A DNA stretch of 64,000 nucleotides, taken from positions 248,001 through 312,000 of the forward strand of contig JBNRSN020000258.1 in NCBI GenBank assembly GCA_051313645.2. The letters are read 5' to 3'. Origin of the DNA: Centroscyllium fabricii. Lineage: Eukaryota. Shown here in pieces: positions 48,601 through 59,369 of this stretch (positions within the stretch are counted from its first letter, which is position 1; every line of letters begins with the position of its first letter). The notes beneath the pieces are model-generated. The model searched no databases and was not told where the DNA came from. It saw only the letters and a list, made by a program, of their open reading frames with translations. Position numbers and translations under genes: made by a program.

Positions 48601-51600
48601 ATGGTGGGGTCAGTAGTAGGGGTGAATGTGATGGTGGGGTCAGTAGTCGGGGTGAATGAGGTTGGGGTCAGTAGTCGGGGTGAATGTGATGGTGGGGTCA
48701 GTAGTCGGGGTGAATGTGATGGTGGGGTCAGTAGTCGGGGTGAATGTGATGGTGGGGTCAGCAGTCGGGGTGAATGATGGTGGGGTCAGTAGTCGGGGTG
48801 ACTGTGATGGTTGAGTCAGTAGTCGGGGTGAATGTGATGGTGGAGTCAGTAGTCGGGGTGAATGTGATGGTGGAGTCAGTAGTCGGGGTGAGTGTGATGG
48901 TGGGCTCAGTAGTCGGGGTGAATGAGGGTGGAGTCAGTAGTCGGGTTAAATGTGATGGTGGAGTCGGTAGTCGGGGTGAATGTGATGGTGGAGTCAGTAG
49001 TCGGTGTGAATGTGATGGTGGGGTCAGTAGTCGGGGTGAATGTGATGGTGGAGTCAGTAGTCGGGGTGAGTGTGATGGTGGAGTCAGTAGTCGGGGTAAA
49101 TGTAATGGTGGGGTCAGTAGTTGGGGTGAATGATGGCGGAGTCAGTAGTCGGGGTGAGTGTGATGGTGCGGTCAGTAGTCGGGGTGAGTGTGATGGTGGG
49201 GTCAGTAATCGGGTTGAATGTGATGGTGGAGTCAGTATCGGGGTGAATGTGATGGTGGAGTCAGTAGTCGGGGGGAATGAGGGTGGCGTCAGTAGTCGGG
49301 GTGAATGTGATGGTGGAGTCAGTATTTGGGGTGAATGAGGGTGGGGTCAGTAGTCGGGGTGAATGTGATGGTGGGGTCAGTAGTCGGGGTGAATGTGATG
49401 GTGGAGTCAGTAGTCGGGGTGAATGTGATGGTGGAGTCAGTAGTCAGGGTGAATGTGATGGTGGGGTCAGTAGTAGCGGTGAATGTGATGGTGGGGTCAG
49501 TAGTCGGGGTGAATGAGGTTGGGGTCAGTAGTCGGGGTGAATGTGATGGTGGAGTCAGTAGTCGGGGTGAGTGTGATGGTGGGGTCAGTAGTCGGGGTGA
49601 ATGTGATGGTGGGGTCAGTAGTCGGGGTGAATGTGATGGTGGAGTCAGTAGTCGGGGTGAATGTGATGGTGGAGTCAGTAGTCGGGGTGAGTGTGATGGT
49701 GGGGTCAGTAGTCGGGGTGAATGATGGTGGGGTCAGTAGTCGGGGTGAATGTGACGGTGGAGTCAGTAGTCGGGGTGAATGTGATGGTGGAGTCAGTAGT
49801 CGGGGTGAATGTGATGGTGGAGTCAGTAGTCGGGGTGAGTGTGATGGTGGGGTCAGTAGTCGGGGTGAATGTGATGGTGGGGTCAGTAGTCGGGGTGAAT
49901 GTGATGGTGGAGTCAGTAGTCGGGGTGAGTGTGATGGTGGAGTCTGGCGTCAGGGTGAGTGTGATGGTGCGGTCAGTAGTCGGGGTGAGTGTGATGGTGG
50001 GGTCAGTAGTCGGGGTGAATGTGATGGTGGGGTCAGTAGTCGGGGTGAGTGTGATTGCGGGGTCAGTAGTCGGGGTGAATGTGATGGCGGGGTCAGTAGT
50101 CGGGGTGAATGTGATGGTGGAGTCAGTCGTCGGAGTGAATGTGATGGTGGAGTCAGTAGTCGGAGTGAATGTGATGGTGGAGTCAGTAGTGGGGGTGAAT
50201 GTGATGGTGGAGTCAGTAGTCGGGGTGAAGGTGATGGTGGAGTCAGTAGTTGGGGTGAAGGTGATGGTGGAGTCAGTAGTCGGGGTGAATGTGATGGTGG
50301 GGTCAGTAGTCGGGGTGAAGGTGATGGTGGAGTCAGTAGCGGGGTGAATGTGATGGTGGGGTCAGTAGTCGGGGTGAGTGTGATGGTGGAGTCAGTAGTC
50401 GGGGTGAAGGTGATGGTGGGGTCAGTAGTCGGGGTGAATGTGATGGCGGAGTCAGTAGTCGGTGTGAATGTAATGGTGGAGTCAGTAGTCGGGGTAAATG
50501 TGATGGTGGGGTCAGTCGTCGGGGTGAATGTGATGGTGGGGTCAGTAGTCGGGGGAAATGTGATGGTGGAGTCAGTAGTCGGGGTGAGTGTGATGGTGGG
50601 GTCAGTAGTCGGGGGAAATGTGATGGTGGAGTCAGTAGTCGGGTGAATGTGATGGTGGGGTCAGTAGTCGGGGGGAATGTGATGGTGGAGTCAGTAGTCG
50701 GGGTGAGTGTGATGGTGGAGTCAGTAGTCGGGGTGAGTGTGATGGTGGAGTCAGTAGTCGGGGTGAATGTGATGGTGGAGTCAGTAGTCAGGGTGAATGT
50801 GATGGTGGAGTCAGTAGTCGGGGTGAATGTGATGGTGGGGTCAGTAGTCGGGGTGAATGTGATGGTGGGTTCAGTAGTCGGGGTGAGTGTGATGGTGGAG
50901 TCAGTAGTCGGGTGAATGTGATGGTGGGGTCAGTAGTCGGGTGAATGTGATGGTGGAGTCAGTAGTCGGGGTGAGTGTGATGGTGGAGTCAGTAGTCGGG
51001 TGAATGTGATGGTGGGGTCAGTAGTCGGGGGGAATGTGATGGTGGAGTCAGTAGTCAGGGTGAGTGTGATGGTGGAGTCAGTAGTCGGGGTGAGTGTGAT
51101 GGTGGAGTCAGTAGTCGGGGTGAATGTGATGGTGGAGTCAGTAGTCAGGGTGAATGTGATGGTGGAGTCAGTAGTCGGGGTGAATGTGATGGTGGGGTCA
51201 GTAGTCGGGGTGAATGTGATGGTGGGGTCAGTAGTCGGGGTGAGTGTGATGGTGGAGTCAGTAGTCGGGTGAATGTGATGGTGGGGTCAGTAGTCGGGTG
51301 AATGTGATGGTGGAGTCAGTAGTCGGGGTGAGTGTGATGGTGGAGTCAGTAGTCGGGTGAATGTGATGGTGGAGTCAGTAGTCGGGGGGAATGTGATGGT
51401 GGAGTCAGTAGTCGGGGTGAATGTGATGGTGGAGTCAGTAGTCGGGGTGAATGTGATGGTGGAGTCAGTAGTCGGGGTGAATGTGATGGTGGGGTCAGTA
51501 GTCGGGGGGAATGTGATGGTGGAGTCAGTAGTCGGGGTGAATGTGATGGTGGAGTCAGTAGTCGGGGTGAATGTGATGGTGGGGTCAGTAGTCGGGGTGA

Positions 51601-54600
51601 GTGTGATGGTGGGGTCAGTAGTCGGGGTGAGTGTGATGGTGGGGTCAGTAGTCGGGTTGAGTGTGATGGTGGAGTCAGTAGTCGGGGTGAGTGTGATGGT
51701 GGGGTCAGTAGTCGGGGGGAATGAGGGTGGGGTCAGTAGTCGGGGTGAGTGTGATGGTGGAGTCAGTAGTCGGGGGGAATGAGGGTGGGGTCAGTAGTCG
51801 GGGTGAGTGTGATGGTGGAGTCAGTAGTCGGGGTGAATGTGATGGTGGGGTCAGTAGTCGGGGTGAATGTGATGGTGGGGTCAGTAGTCGGGGTGTGTGA
51901 TGGTGGAGTCAGTAGTCGGAGTGAATATGATGGTGGAGTCAGTAGTCGGGGTGAGTGTGATGGTGGGGTCAGTAGTCAGGGTGAGTGTGATGGTGGGGTC
52001 AGTAGTCGGGGTGAATGTGATGGTGGAGTCAGTAGTCGGGGTGAATGAGGGTGGAGTCAGTATTCGGGGTGAGTGTGATGGTGGAGTCAGTAGTCGGGGT
52101 GAATGAGGGTGGAGTCAGTATTCGGGGTGAATGTGATGGTGGGGTCAGTAGTCAGGGTGAATGTGATGGTGGGGTCAGTAGTCGGGGTGAGTGTGATGGT
52201 GGGGTCAGTAGTCGGAGTGAATGTGATGGTGGAGTCAGTAGTCGGGGTGAATGTGATGGTGGAGTCAGTAGTCGGGGTGAGTGTGATGGTGGGGTCAGTA
52301 GTCGGGGTGTGTGATGGTGGAGTCAGTAGTCAGAGTGAATTTGATGGTGGAGTCAGTAGTCGGGGTGAATGTGATGGTGGGGTCAGTAGTCGGGGTGTGT
52401 GATGGTGGAGTCAGTAGTCGGAGTGAATGTGATGGTGGAGTCAGTAGTCGGGGTGAATGTGATGGTGGAGTCAGTAGTCGGGGTGAGTGTGATGGTGGAG
52501 TCAGTAGTCGGGGTGAATGTGATGGTGGAGTCAGTAGTCGGGGTGAATGTGATGGTGGAGTCAGTAGTCGGGGTGATTGTGATGGTGGGGTCAGTAGTCG
52601 GGGTGAGTGTGATGGTGGAGTCAGTAGTCGGGGTGAGTGTGATGGTGGAGTCAGTAGTCGGGGTGAGTGTGATGGTGGAGTCAGTAGTCGGGGTGGGTGT
52701 GATGGTGGAGCCAGTAGTCGGGGTGAATGTGATGGTGGAGTCAGTAGTCGGGGTGAATGTGATGGTGGAGTCAGTAGTCGGGGTGAATGTGATGGTGGAG
52801 TCAGTAGTCGGGGTGATTGTGATGGTGGGGTCAGTAGTCGGGGTGAGTGTGATGGTGGAGTCAGTAGTCGGGGTGAGTGTGATGGTGGAGTCAGTAGTCG
52901 GGGTGAGTGTGATGGTGGAGCCAGTAGTCGGGTGAATGTGATGGTGGAGTCAGTAGTCGGGGTGATTGTGATGGTGGGGTCAGTAGTCAGGGTGAGTGTG
53001 ATGGTGGAGTCAGTAGTTGGGGTGAATGTGATGGTGGGGTCAGTAGTCGGAGTGAATGTGATGGTGGAGTCAGTAGTCAGGGTGAGTGTGATGCTGGGGT
53101 CAGTAGTCGGGGTGAGTGTGATGGTGGAGTCAGTTGTCGGGGTGAGTGTGATGGTGGAGTCAGTTGTCGGGGTGAGTGTGATGGTGGGGTCAGTAGTTGG
53201 GGTGAATGTGATGTTGGAGTCAGTAGTCGGGGTGATTGTGATGGTGGGGTCAGTAGTCGGGGTGAGTGTGATGGTGGAGTCAGTAGTCGGGGTGAGTGTG
53301 ATGGTGGAGTCAGTAGTCGGGGTGAGTGTGATGGTGGAGCCAGTAGTCGGGTGAATGTGATGGTGGAGTCAGTAGTCGGGGTGATTGTGATGGTGGGGTC
53401 AGTAGTCGGGGTGAGTGTGATGGTGGAGTCAGTAGTCGGGGTGAATGTGATGGTGGGGTCAGTAGTCGGAGTGAATGTGATGGTGGGGTCAGTAGTCGGG
53501 GTATGTGATGGTGGAGTCAGTAGTCGGAGTGAATGTGATGGTGGAGTCAGTAGTCGGGGTGAATGTGATGGTGGAGTCAGTAGTCAGGGTGAGTGTGATG
53601 GTGGGGTCAGTAGTCGGGGTGAGTGTGATGGTGGGGTCAGTCGTCGGGGTGAATGTGATGGTGGAGTCAGTTGTCGGGGTGAGTGTGATGGTGGGGTCAG
53701 TAGTCGAGGTGAATGTGATGGTGGAGTCAGTAGTCGGGGTGAGTGTGATGGTGGAGTCAGTAGTCGGGGTGAATGTGATGGTGGGGTCAGTAGTCGGGCT
53801 GAATGTGATGGTGGGGTCAGTAGTCGGGGTGAATGTGATGGTGGGGTCAGTAGTCGGGGTGAGTGTGATGGTGGAGTCAGTAGTCGGGGTGAATGAGGGT
53901 GGAGTCAGTAGTCGGGGTGAATGTGATGGTGGAGTCAGTAGTCGGGGTGAATGTGATGGTGGGGTCAGTAGTCGGGGTGAATGTGATGGTGGAGTCAGTA
54001 GTCGGGGTGAGTGTGATGGTGGAGTCAGTAGTCGGGGTGAATGAGGGTGGAGTCAGTAGTCGGGGTGAATGTGATGGTAGAGTCAGTTGTCGGGGTGAAT
54101 GTGATGGTGGGGTCAGTAGTCGGGGTGAATGTGATGGTGGAGTCAGTAGTCAGGGTGATTGTGATGGTGGAGTCAGTAGTCGGGGTGAATGTGATGGTTG
54201 AGTCAGTAGTCGGGGTGATTGTGATGGTGGGGTCAGTAGTCGGGGTGAATGTGATGGTGGAGTCAGTAGTCGGGGTGATTGTGATGGTGGGGTCAGTAGT
54301 CGGGGTGATTGTGATGGTGGAGTCAGTAGTCGGGGTGAATGTGATGGTTGAGTCAGTTGTAGGGGTGAATGAGGCCTCACCTACCTGGGTTTGTGCTGCT
54401 TTCTAGTGGCTTCTGCCTGAAATTTAACAGAATGTCTCCATGTCGGCGAGTCTGAGACTCCGGCAAACCAGGTGACGGTGCTAAACTGGAATTTCCCAGA
54501 GCCAGAAACTGAAGCAAATGGAATGAGGCCAAACAGGTGAATATATGGTGGCAGAAACAGAGAAAGCGAATGATGAAAGGTAGAGAGTTTGTTAATCACA

Positions 54601-54759
54601 GATGGGAGCAGAGGTTCTGCAGTGAGTGAGGGGGTGCAGGAGTAGATTGATGGAAAAAGGGAGTAACTGAAAGAGGTGGACGGTGTGTGGTCAGAGAGAG
54701 ACAGAGAGAGGGAGTGGGCAGAGAGAGGGAGAGAGAGGTAGTGGGCAGAGAGAGGGGGA

Positions 54760-54958
54760 NNNNNNNNNNNNNNNNNNNNNNNNNNNNNNNNNNNNNNNNN
54801 NNNNNNNNNNNNNNNNNNNNNNNNNNNNNNNNNNNNNNNNNNNNNNNNNNNNNNNNNNNNNNNNNNNNNNNNNNNNNNNNNNNNNNNNNNNNNNNNNNNN
54901 NNNNNNNNNNNNNNNNNNNNNNNNNNNNNNNNNNNNNNNNNNNNNNNNNNNNNNNNNN
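54760..54958. other. Assembly gap
   Basis: Run of N within GA-rich sequence. Confidence 0.99.
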
Positions 54959-55121
54959 GAGTGGGAGTGGGCAGAGAGAGACAGTGAGTAGGCTGAGAGA
55001 GTAAAATAAAGATGAACCGTCAATCCATAGATAGAGCATAATGGAGAGAATGAGAGAGGAGAGGAGAGAGGAGAGGAGGGAGTGGGGATGGGGAGTAGAG
55101 AGTTGGTTCCTCTCCTAAGTG

Positions 55122-55637
55122 CAGACTTAGCGAGCACAGCCTAGCCATCGAAAAAGGCAGACACAGAAAGACTTGGCTGCCCAGAGAGGAAAGGCTGTGC
55201 TCCCACTGCAGTCAGGGAGCGGTGGAGACAGAGCTGCATTTCCTCACAACTTGCGAAAACTATCAGTGAATAAGGGGAAATTTCTTCCCAAAATTTGCAA
55301 AAACATGCCCTGAATTCAAAAATTTGACCGACCACCAAAAACTCCCATATCTATTGGGGGAACAGAGGGACTGTATAAAATTAGCGGCAAACTACGTCAC
55401 AGCTTGCCATAAGCAGAGGGACAACCAGTGACCACTGAAGCTAGGAAGAGCCGACAAGATCTATATGCGGGTATATATGTATGTGTTTGCATAGTTATTC
55501 ATTCAATACGTCTGGTTATGCATTTGTATGTCCAATTGTATATGTTCTTTTTCTGTGCTTTGGCAACATAGGATGTATCTTGTCATGCCAATAAAGCAAT
55601 TTGAATTGAATTGAATTGAATTGAATTGAATTGAATT
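55122..55637 (+). mobile_element. 5'-truncated RTE-X-like LINE copy
   Basis: Near-identical to the LINE 3' end from ~7605 onward, with a single UTR unit. Ends in (TTGAA)7; flanked by ~120-bp direct repeats. Confidence 0.9.
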
Positions 55638-55854
55638 CAGTGGGCAGAGAGAGGGAGACAGCGAGTAGGCTGAGAGAGTAAAATAAAGATGAACCGTCAA
55701 TCCATAGATAGAGTATAATGGAGAGAATGAGAGAGGAGAGGATAGAGGAGAGGAGGGAGGGCGGCACAGAGAGGGGAGATAAATAGAGTGTAGAGAGTGA
55801 AAAAGAAATTAACAGACAATTTGTAAAGACAGCAAGATGGAGAAAGCGCGTCAA

Positions 55855-56094
55855 AGAGAGGGAGGCAGGGGAGGGAGGGAAGAGAGAGAGGGAGGCAAAG
55901 GGGAGAGAGGGAAGAGAGAGAGGGCGGCAGGGGAGTGAGGGAAGAGAGAGAGGGCGGCAGGGGAGTGAGGGAAGAGAGAGAGGGAGGCAAAGGGGAGAGA
56001 GGGAAGAGAGAGAGGGCGGCAGGGGAGAGAGGGAAGAGAGAGAGGGAAGCAAAGGGGAGAGAGGGAAGAGAGAAAGGGAAGCAAAGGGGAGAGA
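55855..56094 (+). repeat. Purine-rich 30-32-bp minisatellite
   Basis: GGGGAGAGAGGGAAGAGAGAGAGGG(A/C)GGCA units, ~7-8 copies. Confidence 0.85.
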
Positions 56095-56429
56095 TTGATC
56101 AAGAAGGGCTCGGGAAATATAGAGAGACACAGAGAGAGAAAGATCCTGAAACATTTCTTCCGCTGGTTGGATGTGTTTCGTCATCTTGCCAAAGCACAGC
56201 CCGTCTCTGTGAACAGTTGTTAAGCCTTTATGTTCCCAGCACCCAGGAGATCTCTGAGGAGATGGAGAGAGTGAGAGAATCTAGGTGAGATTGAAGAGAG
56301 GGGAAACACGGGAGTAAAACAAGGCCGATAAAGGTTTGGGAAATGGAACAGTAGTGAAATGGAAAGGGAGAGTCAGGCACAGCGAGGCTGGTGTTCAACC
56401 CAGGGGGTGGACAGTCTGTATCGAAGGAG

Positions 56430-57080
56430 TGAGAGACCCCAGTCAGTGAACAGAATTGTGATCAGAGGGACTGAGAGACACCAGTCAGTGGGCAGGTATC
56501 TCCCTGAGGGAGAGAGGGACTGAGAGATGCCATTCAGTGTACAGATATCTCCCTGAGAGAGAGAGGGATTGATAGACATCCGTCAGTGTACACAGAGCTT
56601 CCGGAGGGAGAGAGGGACTGAGAGATGCCATTCAGTGTATAGATATCTCCCTGTGATGGGACCGAGAGAAATCAGTCAGTGTACAGATATCTCCATGAGA
56701 GAGGGACTGAGATATACCAGTCAGTGTACAGATATCTGCCTGAGAGAGAGGGACTGAGAGATGCCTGTCAGTGTATAGGTATCTCCCTGAGAGAGGGACT
56801 GAGAGAAATCAGTCAGTGTACAGATATCTTCCTGAGAGAGAGGGACTGAGAGATGCCAGTCGGTGTACAGGTGTCTATGCTGCCAGACAGTTTACAGATA
56901 TCTCCCTGAGAGAGGGACTGAGAGAAATCAGTCAGAATATAGATACCTTCCTGAGAGAGAGGGACTGAGAGACACCAGGTGTGCAGTTATCTGCCCGATG
57001 GAGAGAGTGACTGAGAGAGAGCGATCAATAAACAGATATCTCCCTGAGGGAGATTGACTGAGACACCAGTACAGATATGT
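56430..57080 (+). repeat. Degenerate ~44-46-bp minisatellite
   Basis: GAGAGAGGGACTGAGAGA...CAGTCAGTGTACAGATATCTCCCT units, ~14 copies. Confidence 0.85.
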
Positions 57081-57402
57081 CACTTTCAAATGCATAGAAT
57101 GGCAGCATTTCCAATACTTCAATAACGTTTTCCACATCTGTCCATTTGCAGGCTTCAGTTTCCTACGCGATTTGGTGAATTCTATTACCATAGAAATCTC
57201 CTGACCCTATTGTTTTCCATAGGTTTGGGATTAGAACTTCGCCCAGACTGAACCCATGAGACAGGATTAACCTGTTAGAGACACAACTGAGCCCTTCAAC
57301 CACCAATAGCCTGACAGTGCGGTGCCAACTGTTATTGGACAATATATGCTCTAAGTTTCCCCACATTTTCCATTGGTTGTTCTTTATTGTTTAACACATC
57401 AA

Positions 57403-58392
57403 ATGGCCACTTCGGTGAGCTTGAATGCAACAGTCACCAGACCCTGCTCGGAGATCAACTCAACCAATCAGACTGGAAATGCAAGTCTTGGGCCCTCGAT
57501 GGACAATGCCGCTAAATCCAGCTTCATGATGCATTTGATTATCCTTTCCATTCTCCTTGTCCCAATCATTGTGTTGGGTATTATTGGGAACTCAATTGCT
57601 CTGTGGTACATCGTACGCATGAAGAAGATTTCATCACCAACTGATGTCCTCCTGCTTGACTTAATCATCATCAACTTCTTGGTCATCCTGGCTTCTGCAT
57701 TTAACTTTATTGGTTTTATCGATTATTCTGTGTCAGTGGATTTACTCAATGATGTCAGTTTTATCTTGAGTCTAGTCAACCTTTACGGCAACCCTCTCTT
57801 CATGACCTGCATTGCTATTGACCAATACGTTGCTGTTGTCCACCCAATCAGGTCTCATGCCTGGAGAAAGCCCAAATATTACCTTTGCCTGTCAATTGTA
57901 ACTTGGCTCGCCGTGCTATCACTGAGCCTGGGGATTTATTTCGCCACAAAAGACGGGATTAACGGCCCAGTTACATGCAAGACTCTGGTTTCACTCTGGG
58001 AACAGAACCCGGTGCTTTTGCTGTGCAGCGAATTGATCACGTTTTTCATCCCAGTCCTGATCCTGTCGATCTGCTATGCCCTGACCGCAAGGAAACTGAT
58101 CGAAGTGGGAGCTGGGAAGGAATCCATGGAGCTGATGAAGAAGAAAGTGCTGCGGACCATTTGGGCGATTCTGGCTCTCCTGCTTTTCTGCTTTGCCCCA
58201 TTTCACATCATTGAAGAGTCTTTTGTGTTGAAGAACCTGCTGAGTCCCTCAGCGGAAATCGCAGCGTGGTACGTTTGTAATATTCGGCTTTATACCTGGA
58301 CCCTCACTTTCCTCAGTACCGTCCTCAATCCGCTGCTTTACATTTTCAGGTCCCAAAACTTTCAATGGAGACCACGTTGCTGTTGTGTGTAA
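57403..58392 (+). CDS. Single-exon class A (rhodopsin) GPCR, delta-group P2Y/LPAR6-like orphan, 329 aa
   Basis: First ATG at 57403. N-terminal sequons NAT, NST, NQT and NAS; seven hydrophobic segments. Motifs GN (TM1), NLYG..LFMTCIAIDQY.AVVHP (TM3), W (TM4), FFIP...ICY (TM5), CFAPFH (TM6) and NPLLY (TM7). No stops or frameshifts. Confidence 0.93.
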   Translation: MATSVSLNATVTRPCSEINSTNQTGNASLGPSMDNAAKSSFMMHLIILSILLVPIIVLGIIGNSIALWYIVRMKKISSPTDVLLLDLIIINFLVILASAFNFIGFIDYSVSVDLLNDVSFILSLVNLYGNPLFMTCIAIDQYVAVVHPIRSHAWRKPKYYLCLSIVTWLAVLSLSLGIYFATKDGINGPVTCKTLVSLWEQNPVLLLCSELITFFIPVLILSICYALTARKLIEVGAGKESMELMKKKVLRTIWAILALLLFCFAPFHIIEESFVLKNLLSPSAEIAAWYVCNIRLYTWTLTFLSTVLNPLLYIFRSQNFQWRPRCCCV

Positions 58393-58395
58393 CAC

Positions 58396-58990
58396 GTCAC
58401 TAACGCGTGGCCCAATGTCCCCACATCCCACACCCTCCCCACATTGACCAGAATGTCACTAACGCGTGGCCCAATGTCCCCACACCCCACACCCTCCCCA
58501 CATTGACCAGAATGTCACTAACGCGTGGCCCAATGCCCCCCACACCCCACACCCTCCCCACATTGACCAGAATGTCACTAACGCGTGGCCCAATGTCCCC
58601 ACACCCCACACCCTCCCCACATTGACCAGAATGTCACTAACGCGTGGCCCAATGTCCCCACACCCCACACCCTCCCCACATTGACCAGAATGTCACTAAC
58701 GCGTGGCCCAATGTCCCCACACCCCACACCCTCCCCACATTGACCAGAATGTCACTAACGCGTGGCCCAATGTCCCCACATCCCACACCCTCCCCACATT
58801 GACCAGAATGTCACTAACGCGTGGCCCAATGTCCCCACACCCCACACCCTCCCCACATTGACCAGAATGTCACTAACGCGTGGCCCAATGTCCCGACACC
58901 CCACACCCTCCCCACATTGACCAGAATGTCACTAACGCGTGGCCCAATGTCCCCACACCCCACACCCTCCCCACATTGGCCAGAATGTCA
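58396..58990 (+). repeat. 59-bp minisatellite, 10 near-identical copies in the GPCR 3' flank
   Basis: GTCACTAACGCGTGGCCCAATGTCCCCACACCCCACACCCTCCCCACATTGACCAGAAT, starting 3 bp after the stop codon. Confidence 0.95.
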
Positions 58991-59035
58991 GTTGCAATGC
59001 AGAATCTCACTGCTCATTTCCCAACACGGAGTTGC

Positions 59036-59041
59036 AATAAA
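59036..59041 (+). promoter_or_regulatory. Candidate polyadenylation signal for the GPCR
   Basis: First AATAAA downstream of the stop; another lies at 61561. Confidence 0.35.
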
Positions 59042-59369
59042 AGTATGATGAAGACAAGGTCACCGGGACGCCATTGATTGATTTCCCGGGACTCCGGGCC
59101 ACCAGTGGGGCTTCGCATGCAGTTTGCAAAGGGCAGATCTAGTATGAGACCAAATAATTCACTGATGGAAGACCATAACATTTAGAGCATGATGTGTGTA
59201 GCTGGGGGGGGGGGGGGGGGCGATAGGAAGACACAAGTCTTTCGGGATGGGAGATAGTTGGAATTTGGTGTGGGGACCTGACTTTACCGAGTCTCCACCC
59301 ATGTTACTCAATTGGGAAATAGCGACTGGATGGAGCAGGTACTTGTGTTTGCTCCCTTCCATCATGATC

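Larger units (their letters stand above)
13956..54374 (+). repeat. 30-bp G-rich satellite array, ~40 kb, roughly 1,300 units
   Basis: Consensus GTGA(A/G)TGTGATGGTGG(A/G)GTCAGTAGTCGGG, with recurrent 28- and 29-bp variants. Interrupted only at 14408-14594 and 14614-15699. Confidence 0.98.

Noticed and set aside
18663-54201. Long ORFs (GECDGGVSSR, VNVMVESVVG, mucin-like TPTTDSTITF, LTPPSHSPRL repeats)
   Set aside because: They are by-products of a 30-bp unit lacking stops in four frames. Frequent 28/29/31-bp units break every frame, and there are no unique flanking domains or signal peptide.
57373-57402. Track start for the GPCR at 57373
   Set aside because: It is a non-ATG start from the ORF caller. 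The first ATG is 57403 in reasonable context (CAAATGG), though an upstream exon cannot be excluded.
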